Position numbers and translations under genes: made by a program. The notes under the pieces were generated by a model that was given only the letters and a program-made list of their open reading frames with translations, was not told where the DNA came from and did no database searches. DNA of 64,000 nucleotides, taken from Acidobacteriota bacterium (GTDB taxonomy: Bacteria; Actinomycetota; Acidimicrobiia; Spongiisociales; ZC4RG35). The first letter of the stretch is position 1, and each line of letters starts with the position of its first letter. Location: NCBI GenBank assembly GCA_022573225.1, contig JACZUI010000001.1:48883-112882 (forward strand). Direction: 5' to 3'. Shown one piece after another: positions 56,338-64,000 of the stretch.

Positions 56338-57336
56338 TCAAAGAATCAGAAGCAGGAGCGGGTAGTAGATAGCCGCCGCGAGGGCCACGCCATCCAGCGA
56401 GGACAGGACTCCGGGGGCCCTTTCGGTCAGGGACATCCCGCCAGTCCTCAGCATCGAAGAGAACCCTCTCCCGGCAACCAAGGCAACGGCGACCCCCAGT
56501 CCGACGAGGAGATATCCGACAACGTCGAGATCCCAGAGCACGGCAGCTCCCACGGCCGCCAGAATCGAGCCGATGGCCGTCACGGAGAAAGGATCCAGGA
56601 GCGGAATAGCCGGCATCCGTTCCACTATCGCCCCGAGGGCCACCCCGGCGATGACGACAACGAGGAAAACGTCGACCGCTGCCTCGTCGGGGCTATGGGA
56701 CGAACTAGCGAGGATCATGGACGCCGAGCCCAACCCCGATACAAGCGATACGAGAAGGACCGGGCTGAACACCGAGACGTCCCGATACTCAGGGACGAAC
56801 ACCGCCCACCCGAGACCGACGATCACCGCGATGGCGATACTCAGCCCGTAGCCGGAGCCACCCATGACATGGGCAGCCATAACGCTGCCGGCGGAAGTGA
56901 CCGCGACCGCCAGGGGAGCGAAGAGGCGCCCGCGGGCCTCGAAGGCAGCGTTCAAATCAACCGCCCAAACCGCAGCAATCGCAACCAGGGCCGCGGCCCA
57001 CAGCTCCTGCCCCTGAAGACCGGCGAAGACCGCAACGGCTGCGACGGCGAGCGGCGCGAATCTCATCAGATCGGCCGGTGCTATCGCGGAAGTCTGCTGG
57101 CTGCCACCCGACACAGGCGGAATCAACACAACTTCGTCGCCGGCGACCACCCGGTCATCCATTGAAGCCGCCACCCCGTTGACCCATACCCGAGACGACT
57201 CGACGCCCTTCTCGAAGTCGGGCCCGTATCGCTCGGAAGCGGTCTTGATCATTCCACCGACCGTGTCCGACGGGATCTCGACGCGAGACACCCCGGCGAT
57301 CTCTCTCAAATTGGCGAACAATCGAAGCTCGGGCAC
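56338..57336 (-). CDS. MoaD/ThiS-like ubiquitin-fold domain (ending in an internal Gly-Gly) fused to a polytopic membrane domain
   Basis: Residues 1-78, [15 protein letters not shown]...[12 protein letters not shown], are a complete MoaD/ThiS-type domain. Residues 79-332 form about 8 hydrophobic helices. GTG start. Confidence 0.6.
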   Translation of the reverse strand: MPELRLFANLREIAGVSRVEIPSDTVGGMIKTASERYGPDFEKGVESSRVWVNGVAASMDDRVVAGDEVVLIPPVSGGSQQTSAIAPADLMRFAPLAVAAVAVFAGLQGQELWAAALVAIAAVWAVDLNAAFEARGRLFAPLAVAVTSAGSVMAAHVMGGSGYGLSIAIAVIVGLGWAVFVPEYRDVSVFSPVLLVSLVSGLGSASMILASSSHSPDEAAVDVFLVVVIAGVALGAIVERMPAIPLLDPFSVTAIGSILAAVGAAVLWDLDVVGYLLVGLGVAVALVAGRGFSSMLRTGGMSLTERAPGVLSSLDGVALAAAIYYPLLLLIL

Positions 57337-57370
57337 GGACAGAGCGTAAAGCGTATCGGTCGTCGGGGCG

Positions 57371-57820
57371 ATGCAAGTCCGCGATGCCTACGCTCGTCTT
57401 ATGGACGACGTGGTTCTGGTTGCGGTCGAAATACCACAGGTCGGCGACGAACGGCATAAGAACTGGGCCAAGGTCGTCGATGCGGTCGACACCTCCAAGG
57501 CTTCCGGATGGGCATACGACGGCCCGTTCATTGCCACCGGTGGCATCCAGGATGTCCCAATCGGCTCGGTGGTTCTGGTGTATGGGGAACGCGGGTCGCG
57601 GGCCAATCCGCAGATCACCGCTCGCGTATACACAGTCAACCCCGATTCCACCCTGAGCCTCGAAGCAGAGGCCAAGGGCAAGGCGTGGGCCAGAACCTTG
57701 CGTGATCCTGTGGAGAAGTGCCTCGGAGTGGAGACACCGGCAGTCGATCTGTCCTACCTGACCGATGACCTCCTGGTGGCCGAAATGAAAGAGCGAGGTT
57801 GGAGAGTGGAGCGTCAATGA
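57371..57820 (+). CDS. Hypothetical protein (149 aa)
   Basis: ATG ORF translationally coupled (ATGA) to the downstream quinone oxidoreductase. No recognisable motif. Confidence 0.45.
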   Translation: MQVRDAYARLMDDVVLVAVEIPQVGDERHKNWAKVVDAVDTSKASGWAYDGPFIATGGIQDVPIGSVVLVYGERGSRANPQITARVYTVNPDSTLSLEAEAKGKAWARTLRDPVEKCLGVETPAVDLSYLTDDLLVAEMKERGWRVERQ

Positions 57821-58785
57821 AGGCGGTATTAGTGGAGAGGCTTGGCGGGCCTGAGGTCCTCGAGACGTCGGAGATCCCCGTCCCTACGCCGGGCGCGGGA
57901 GAGCTGCTCGTATCGGTCGAGGCATCAGGCCTGAATTACATCGACACGTACCACCGGAGTGGCGCTTATCCGATGCGCCTTCCCTTCACACCCGGCGTAG
58001 AAGGGGCGGGAACCGTCACCGCGATTGGCGACGGAGTCGAAGCCTTCAAGCTCGGCGACCGTGTTGGATGGGTCGACGTTCCCGGCAGCTATGCCGAGAG
58101 TCATGTGATCCCGGTTGATCGAACAGTCCTTCTCCCCGATGGCATCGACACCGCGACCGCGGCGGCATTGCTTCTTCAGGGGATCACCTCTCATTATCTG
58201 GCGACGGACACTTTCCCGCTCTCTCCCGGCGATCGCTGTGTGATTCACGCCGGCGCCGGCGGTGTTGGCCTGCTGCTCACACAAATCGCCAAGAAGATGG
58301 GGGCCACGGTCTTCGCCACGGTGGGCACCGAGGAGAAGGCAGTTCTGGCGCGCGAAGCGGGCGCCGACCATGTGATCGAGTACACCCGGGAGGACTTTCA
58401 GACCGTGATCGAGAGAATCATCGGAGCCAAAGAGATCGACGTCGTCTATGACGGCGTAGGAGCAGCCACCTTCGAGAAGGGGCTCGATCTGCTCCGGCCT
58501 CGGGGGATGATGGTGACCTTTGGCAATGCCTCCGGACCACCGCCGGAGATATCCCCATTGACTCTCTCCCAGAAAGGGTCCCTCTTTTTGACCCGCCCGA
58601 CTCTTCTCCACTACATATCGACGCCGGACGAACTGGTGCGGAGGGTGACAGAGTTGTTCGGGTGGGTCAGAGACGGGTCGCTCCAGGTGCGGATCGGCGC
58701 CGAGTTCTCCCTCGACCAGGCGGCCGATGCCCATCGGGCACTCGAAGGCAGATCGACGACTGGCAAAGTTCTCATTCGCCCATGA
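57817..58785 (+). CDS. NADPH:quinone oxidoreductase (zeta-crystallin/MDR family)
   Basis: MKAVLVERLGGPEVLE, GLNYIDTYHRSG and HAGAGGVGLLLTQIAK. Confidence 0.85.
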   Translation: MKAVLVERLGGPEVLETSEIPVPTPGAGELLVSVEASGLNYIDTYHRSGAYPMRLPFTPGVEGAGTVTAIGDGVEAFKLGDRVGWVDVPGSYAESHVIPVDRTVLLPDGIDTATAAALLLQGITSHYLATDTFPLSPGDRCVIHAGAGGVGLLLTQIAKKMGATVFATVGTEEKAVLAREAGADHVIEYTREDFQTVIERIIGAKEIDVVYDGVGAATFEKGLDLLRPRGMMVTFGNASGPPPEISPLTLSQKGSLFLTRPTLLHYISTPDELVRRVTELFGWVRDGSLQVRIGAEFSLDQAADAHRALEGRSTTGKVLIRP

Positions 58786-59798
58786 GCGACCTCTACGTCC
58801 TCACAACGGAACCACCAAACCTCGGAATGCGGCTCGCGAACCAGGACGGTCGACTGCTCAGCCAGACCGAGATGTACATGAGGAACAACTTTCCCATCCC
58901 GGATGTCGCCCCCACCTCAATCGACGTGGTCGTTCCGGGGAGGCCTGCCCGAAAACTCGATGCGGCCGAACTCGCCCAATATCGACAGCACACAATCCAG
59001 ACGGTTCTCGAGTGCGCCGGGAACGGACGGAGGCTGATGGATCCGGTTCCGTCGGGGGCGCCTTGGCACCTAGGCGCGGCCTCAGCCATCGAGATCCGCG
59101 GAGCGCGCCTCAACGAGGTGCTCGCTCCGTTGCCACCCGACATCTCCGAGGTGGTGTTCACCGGTGCCGACAGCGGGACCGTCGAACCGGAGGGCCAAAT
59201 CCCTTACCAGTTCTCCCTGAGCCGCTCTCTCGCCGAGTCGGATGCTCCCCTCCTGGTGACTCACATAGGCGGAGAGCCCTTGACCAGGGATCACGGGGCA
59301 CCCGTCCGACTAGTGGTCCCAGGCCACTACGCGATGAAGTCGGTCAAATGGTTGACGCGGATCGAAGCCGTGATCGAGCCATTCCGTGGCCATTTCGTCG
59401 CGAAGTACCGGTATTACGAGGACTCCTCCGTGGAAGATGGTGCGCCGGTAGGCCTTATTCAGGTTCGGTCGGTCATCTCAGACCCGGGGGACCGCGATCG
59501 TCTGTCCCCTGGCATGACCACGGTGCGGGGATCGGCATGGACCGGGACCGGGAAGATCGACAAGGTCGAAGTCTCTTTGGACGACGGAGCAACCTGGCAG
59601 GAAGCCGCCCTCGACGGCGCGGAAGGGGACGCAGCGCCGGTCCGGTGGTCTTACGAGGCTGAGCTCAAGGTCGGTGCGCGGTCAATTGTGGCCAGAGCGA
59701 TCGACTCCACAGGAGCCCGCCAGCCAATGGCCTCCCGGTGGAATCGAAACGGGTACGGGAACAACGTCGCCCACCGGGTGGCGATCACCGTCGACTGA
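58782..59798 (+). CDS. Sulfite-oxidase-family molybdopterin oxidoreductase
   Basis: Start at the ATG at 58782 (ATGA overlap). LECAGNGRR (Moco Cys), GAPVRLVVPGHYAMKSVKWLTRIE, and a C-terminal Ig-like dimerisation domain. Confidence 0.8.
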   Translation: MSDLYVLTTEPPNLGMRLANQDGRLLSQTEMYMRNNFPIPDVAPTSIDVVVPGRPARKLDAAELAQYRQHTIQTVLECAGNGRRLMDPVPSGAPWHLGAASAIEIRGARLNEVLAPLPPDISEVVFTGADSGTVEPEGQIPYQFSLSRSLAESDAPLLVTHIGGEPLTRDHGAPVRLVVPGHYAMKSVKWLTRIEAVIEPFRGHFVAKYRYYEDSSVEDGAPVGLIQVRSVISDPGDRDRLSPGMTTVRGSAWTGTGKIDKVEVSLDDGATWQEAALDGAEGDAAPVRWSYEAELKVGARSIVARAIDSTGARQPMASRWNRNGYGNNVAHRVAITVD

Positions 59799-59832
59799 TT
59801 CCGCCCTTTCCGTAGCTCCGCTCGCGGGGAGG

Positions 59833-60813
59833 TCAGGAGCCCTCAGGGAGAGACAGGACCGCGGCTGCCACCACATCCGCTCTCTCGAGGTGCGCCTTCC
59901 AGACATCAACCTCGATGACCTCCACCCCGGGAATCGCGTCCGTCACCAGATCGACTCCTTCACGAGGGACCACCCCTTCGGTGCTCCAGATGTAGACGGT
60001 TGGAGCGATGACCTCGTCGAGATTGGAGGGAACGAACGAAGAGGGCGGGGTCCGCCTGAAAGCGCGGAGCGAGTCTGTGGTGTCCCTAATCCGGGAGGCC
60101 TTATCCCTTGCTTCGCTCTGGGCTGGAGTCGGGCACCAGCCTCCTTCCGTGCAGTTCGGCGCCCATGTGCTCGAAGACTGCGACCCGCCGCCCTCCAAGG
60201 TGAAGGTTGCCGCTACGCCGACGATGGGCAGCCGCTCCACTGTTTCGATCCAGCCGGCACTCCTGTCGAAGTCGACGTCTATCAGCACTAGGCCCAATAC
60301 GACATCTGGGTCCGTTACCGCGATTTCGGCGGCCACCTCGCCGCCCAGGCCTACCCCAACGAACAGCACAGGTTGGTCTGCGAACCGTTGAGCGACGATC
60401 TCACGAACGGTGGCAGCCATCGAGGCCACTGTGTGCTCCGGGCCCTCGGCGGGAAGTCGGCTGCTGAGGCCGAGACCGGGAAGGTCGATGCGGACCGCCG
60501 TCACGTCGCCGCCAAGTTCAGCAACAACGGCATCCCAGAGAACACCACCTGCGACGTCGAAATCGTGTAACAGGATGACCGGCTGGCTGCCCAGACCGTC
60601 ATGGACGACGTTGATGGTCATCCCGTCGATCAAAGCGGGACCGGCCAACTCGACATCCTCGTGAGGTGTCGTCTCTGTCAGGCGAATGCGCTGGTTGGTC
60701 ACAACCGACCAGACCACGACACCAACAGCCAGCAGGAGAAGCAGAAGAACGAGCATCCGCACGACCACACGCGAGGGGGCGTCACTGGTCGGCGGTGGTC
60801 GAAGGCCGGTCAT
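59833..60813 (-). CDS. Alpha/beta-fold hydrolase with N-terminal TM anchor
   Basis: PVILLHDFDVAGGVLWD and FVGVGLGGEVA (nucleophile-elbow-like region). Its start overlaps the lutC stop. Confidence 0.65.
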   Translation of the reverse strand: MTGLRPPPTSDAPSRVVVRMLVLLLLLLAVGVVVWSVVTNQRIRLTETTPHEDVELAGPALIDGMTINVVHDGLGSQPVILLHDFDVAGGVLWDAVVAELGGDVTAVRIDLPGLGLSSRLPAEGPEHTVASMAATVREIVAQRFADQPVLFVGVGLGGEVAAEIAVTDPDVVLGLVLIDVDFDRSAGWIETVERLPIVGVAATFTLEGGGSQSSSTWAPNCTEGGWCPTPAQSEARDKASRIRDTTDSLRAFRRTPPSSFVPSNLDEVIAPTVYIWSTEGVVPREGVDLVTDAIPGVEVIEVDVWKAHLERADVVAAAVLSLPEGS

Positions 60814-61463
60814 CTGATCAGTATCACATGTACGTGTCTCGGCCCGTGAACACCGAGGTTGAGCTCCAGCTCGATGTCTCCGGTTCGACTTGGCCCAGTG
60901 ACGATCACCAGATTGGCGGTCTGGCGGGTCATCTCGGGGTGCCGGGCCGCCCAGAAGGCGAGGGTGCGGTCGATGTTTGCAACCTCCAGCAAGACGACAT
61001 GAACCTCCGGGGACAACGAGACCATCCGTGCCTTTCCCGGGCCGTGGGTGAGAACGACGCTTCCGGACTCGGCCAGGCCCGCTACGGAGCCGGTTACGCC
61101 CAGATCGAGGCCGGCGTACTCCATCTGGTGGGCCTTGCGGCCGTCTGAAGGCACAACGTGGCCGACTCGGGTCAGCCCGGCAACCGTCAAAGCGGTAGGT
61201 ATCCCGCTGACCGGAAGGTCATCCCATGAGGCAAAGGTCTCACACTCATGTCCTGCGGCAATACCGATGATGGCGCGGGGAACACCATGCCGGGTCACCG
61301 GACCGTGGACCACCGCATCGACGGTCTGAGCGCGCAACCTGAACATTGCCAGGTGGTCGACCGGGTCGAGATCAGGAAGTCGCTCGGCCACGATTGGGGG
61401 CGGCGGTGCGTCAGACGCCATCACAGCTGAAGAAACCCGAGACAGGAACTGATCACGGTTCAC
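60810..61463 (-). CDS. lutC: Lactate utilization protein C (LUD domain)
   Basis: GTG start at 61463 after GGAGG, the C-terminal 217 aa of track ORF 60810-61907. Contains GVTGSVAGLAESGSVVL and TGPSRTGDIE. Confidence 0.75.
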   Translation of the reverse strand: MNRDQFLSRVSSAVMASDAPPPPIVAERLPDLDPVDHLAMFRLRAQTVDAVVHGPVTRHGVPRAIIGIAAGHECETFASWDDLPVSGIPTALTVAGLTRVGHVVPSDGRKAHQMEYAGLDLGVTGSVAGLAESGSVVLTHGPGKARMVSLSPEVHVVLLEVANIDRTLAFWAARHPEMTRQTANLVIVTGPSRTGDIELELNLGVHGPRHVHVILIR

Positions 61464-62856
61464 GATTGTCCCTCCACCAGTCACCGAAGGACTCCTTAGC
61501 AGGACGCGGCAAGTCGCGATGTTGAGTCCATCCCCGAGCCGGGCCGGGAGCCCGACGAATCCAGCCCCTGGAGGAGAGCGGTGCGGAGAGTGCCGATGCC
61601 CACCTCTTGGCGCGTGCCCAGCGCCCCGCGTCCTCGGCCGTGCGGGCGTATCGGGACATCCCTTTCTCCAACCATCCGGGCAGCCGACCTTCTGAGGCCG
61701 CTCGCTCTCGAAGTTTGAGCAGCATCGACGGAATCTGGATGCCGACCGGACAGACCTCCTCGCAGGCGCCGCAAAGCGTGGAGGCGTATGGCAACTCCCA
61801 CCAGGGCTCCATCCCTTGCAATCCCGGAGTGACGATGGACCCCATTGGGCCCGAGTAGACGGTGCCGTAGGCGTGCCCCCCGACGGTGCGGAACACCGGA
61901 CACACATTGAGACAAGCCCCGCATCGGATGCAGGCGAGTATCTCCGCGGTGTCGCCCGCGAGGATGTCGGAACGACCGTTGTCCAAAATCACGACGTGTA
62001 GCTCGTCCGGGCCATCGGGATCGCCAGGACGTCTCGGGCCGGTGATGACATTTGTGTAGACAGACAGCCTTTGTCCGGTTGCCGAGCGGGCGAGTACCTC
62101 GAGTACCACCGCGGCATCCTCCCAGCGTGAGACGATTCGCTCCATCCCCATGAGAGCGATGTGAACCCGAGGGGCGGTGGTGGTGAGCCTTCCATTCCCT
62201 TCGTTGGTGACCACGACGATCGACCCCGACTCGGCGACGGCCAGGTTGACGCCCGAGATCCCGGCGTCGGCCCTCAGGAAGATCTCGCGCAGATGATCAC
62301 GTGCGATCTGATTCAGCCGAACTGGGTCGGCGGTCTCCTCGACTCCCAGCTTCTCAGCAAATAGAGCACCGATGCTCTCCTTCGTCATGTGCAGAACCGG
62401 GGCGATGATGTGGCTCGGAGTATCACCGGCGAGTTGGATGATGAACTCACCCAGGTCGGTCTCGACTACCTCCACACCGGACGCCTCGAGGTGCGCGTTG
62501 AGCTCGATCTCCTCGGACACCATCGATTTCGCCTTGACCACAAGCTCCGACCCGGTGTCCTCGAGAATCTCGGCAACGATGCGATTGGCCTCGTCGGCGT
62601 CACCTGCGAAGTGAACCCGACCACCAGCCTCCGCTACCTGGTCGGCAAACTTGGCGATCAGTCGATCAAGATGGGCGAGCGCATGGAGCCGGATGGCACG
62701 GGTTCGATCCCGAAGCTCCTTGGCGATGGGAAACTCGTCAACGGCGGCTTCGCGCATCGCCGTCATGAGACGCATCCCCCGGTCGACAGCTGCGGCCTCG
62801 TCGGTTCCCAGGATCCTCTCTGCTCGACTCAAAAAGGTGACCGGCTGGACGCTCAT
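61453..62856 (-). CDS. lutB: Lactate utilization iron-sulfur protein LutB
   Basis: ATG start at 62856 (467 aa). CIRCGACLNVCP and CGACEEVCP ferredoxin motifs plus a LUD domain. Confidence 0.85.
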   Translation of the reverse strand: MSVQPVTFLSRAERILGTDEAAAVDRGMRLMTAMREAAVDEFPIAKELRDRTRAIRLHALAHLDRLIAKFADQVAEAGGRVHFAGDADEANRIVAEILEDTGSELVVKAKSMVSEEIELNAHLEASGVEVVETDLGEFIIQLAGDTPSHIIAPVLHMTKESIGALFAEKLGVEETADPVRLNQIARDHLREIFLRADAGISGVNLAVAESGSIVVVTNEGNGRLTTTAPRVHIALMGMERIVSRWEDAAVVLEVLARSATGQRLSVYTNVITGPRRPGDPDGPDELHVVILDNGRSDILAGDTAEILACIRCGACLNVCPVFRTVGGHAYGTVYSGPMGSIVTPGLQGMEPWWELPYASTLCGACEEVCPVGIQIPSMLLKLRERAASEGRLPGWLEKGMSRYARTAEDAGRWARAKRWASALSAPLSSRGWIRRAPGPARGWTQHRDLPRPAKESFGDWWRDNREP

Positions 62857-62859
62857 TGT

Positions 62860-62932
62860 GAGTGGCGATGATCTGGTCGTCGAGATGAGTGACATGCATT
62901 GTTCAGCGGGCTCCTGGGCATCAGCGGGCTCC
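62860..62932. repeat. Truncated copy E of the MITE/REP-like element, plus a 12-nt duplicate of its terminus forming the lutA stop
   Basis: On the minus strand, GGAGCCCGCTGAACAATGCATGTCACTCATCTCGACGACCAGATCATCGCCACTC (62914-62860) matches the left ~55 nt of copy A. GGAGCCCGCTGA recurs at 62932-62921 and encodes GAR-stop of lutA. Confidence 0.75.
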
Positions 62933-63643
62933 TGCGAGCAGCTCAGCGATGTGGCGGACCTTGATGTCGGACCCGCGGCGTCGCAGGCCGCCCTCGAGAT
63001 GAAGAAGGCAGGACACATCGCCACCGACCAGCGTGTCGGCTCCCGAGGCCTCGACTCGATTGAGCTTCTCGTCCATGATCGCCGCAGACACTGCCGCCAT
63101 CTCCACCGAGAACAGCCCTCCAAACCCACAGCACTCCTCGGCGCCCTCCAAATCAACCCGGTCAACACCTTCGAGGAGACGATCGGCCTGAGCACCCAGT
63201 CCTAGTCCTCGCAGCCCATGACAGGAATGGTGGTAGGCAACCACGCATCCCCCGCAGTCGACCGCGACTGTGGCGTCGAGGTCATCAACCAGAAACTGGG
63301 TCAGTTCCCTTGTCCTGGCTGCTACCCGGTTCGCCTGCGCCTCCCTATCGGTTCCGGCGAAAAGCTCGGGATAGTGGTGCACGATCATCTGGGCACAAGA
63401 ACCGGAAGGGACCACCACCGGCCCCTCCGTCGCATCAAGTACGTCGAGGGTGTGCATCGCCATCCGCCTCGCCTCCTTGTTGAGCCCTACGTTGAACGCG
63501 GGCTGGCCACAGCAGGTCTGATCAGCCGGATACATGACATCACAGCCCTGGCCTTCCAAGACGGCGAGCGTGGCCCTTCCTACCTCGGGAGCGAGACCGT
63601 CGACGAGGCAAGTGGCTAGAAGCTGGACTCTCGGCCCCTCCAT
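62921..63643 (-). CDS. lutA: Lactate utilization protein A ((Fe-S) oxidoreductase, CCG domains)
   Basis: LLATCLVD and DQTCCGQPAFNVG, with a second CCG-type motif EECCGFGG. Confidence 0.85.
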   Translation of the reverse strand: MEGPRVQLLATCLVDGLAPEVGRATLAVLEGQGCDVMYPADQTCCGQPAFNVGLNKEARRMAMHTLDVLDATEGPVVVPSGSCAQMIVHHYPELFAGTDREAQANRVAARTRELTQFLVDDLDATVAVDCGGCVVAYHHSCHGLRGLGLGAQADRLLEGVDRVDLEGAEECCGFGGLFSVEMAAVSAAIMDEKLNRVEASGADTLVGGDVSCLLHLEGGLRRRGSDIKVRHIAELLAGAR

Positions 63644-63655
63644 AGGGGCCTCACG

Positions 63656-64000
63656 TTACGCCTTGCGCTCCTCAACGGCAGTCAATGCCTCCAGGTATCG
63701 CTCCACTCTCTGGACGTACGACTTCGTGTCGTCCTTGAACTCCACACCAACGGAGCGGTGACGACCCCGAAGGGCGAGGACGGCGAATTTGGCACCCCTG
63801 AGATAGTGAGGCAACCCCTCGATCGGCATCGCCATCTCCCCGGGAACCGCCTCTCCGATGGCAGGCACGTCTTGGGTGGTGGGACTCAGGCCGAACTTTG
63901 AAACCTCGGCCAGCAGGATGTCCTCGTGGGGGCGGTCGGCGTAGTCACGACCGGTATGTCGCCAAACCTCTTCGCCTCCCGGCGCCAGAACCACCACTCC
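63656..64000 (-). CDS. Hypothetical protein, C-terminal part (possibly redoxin-fold); runs off the right edge
   Basis: The frame is open to the window end. VVLAPGGEEVWRH resembles the last strand of a thioredoxin-fold peroxiredoxin, but the evidence is weak. Confidence 0.3.
   Translation of the reverse strand, partial: GVVVLAPGGEEVWRHTGRDYADRPHEDILLAEVSKFGLSPTTQDVPAIGEAVPGEMAMPIEGLPHYLRGAKFAVLALRGRHRSVGVEFKDDTKSYVQRVERYLEALTAVEERKA

Overview
High-GC chromosomal segment of actinobacterial type. That assignment is an inference from Rex, an RsiG-like protein, an LCP protein, a geranylgeranyl reductase upstream of nuo, and TTGTCCACA DnaA boxes. The window is dominated by respiratory genes, almost all on the minus strand.

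Main content:
1. An 11-gene nuoABCDHIJKLMN operon with no nuoEFG (2026-12394).
2. A complete, divergent 14-gene nuoA-N operon (21730-36576), preceded by amidase, HAD and geranylgeranyl reductase genes and by rex.
3. A 7-gene Rieske/split cytochrome b (b6 plus subunit IV) / dihaem cytochrome c operon that also encodes a 2x[4Fe-4S] ferredoxin and two unknown membrane proteins (40615-46779).
4. Divergently transcribed from (3), a ccoN-like / ccoO-like / cytochrome c operon (46897-50121). Its subunit-I homologue has only 3 histidines and lacks the haem and CuB ligands. I consider this the most unusual locus in the window.

Other genes: an Fe(III)-type ABC transporter, moaA, a thioredoxin-like protein, a bactofilin-like membrane protein, a DUF62 SAM hydrolase divergent from a Clp1-like kinase, a CAP/SCP protein, YbjN, an M23 peptidase followed by a two-motif RsiG-like protein, a MoaD(GG)-membrane fusion, Qor, a SUOX-like molybdoenzyme, an alpha/beta hydrolase and lutABC.

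Non-genic structure:
- A family of nested palindromic MITE/REP-like elements (two long, two short, one truncated), several abutting or supplying stop codons and one sitting between nuoK and nuoL.
- A DUF559 gene bracketed by 32-nt inverted repeats.
- A DnaA-box cluster in a long convergent intergenic region.
- Operator-like palindromes.

No rRNA, tRNA or CRISPR array was recognised. All functional calls come from reading motifs in the translations by eye; no database search was run.
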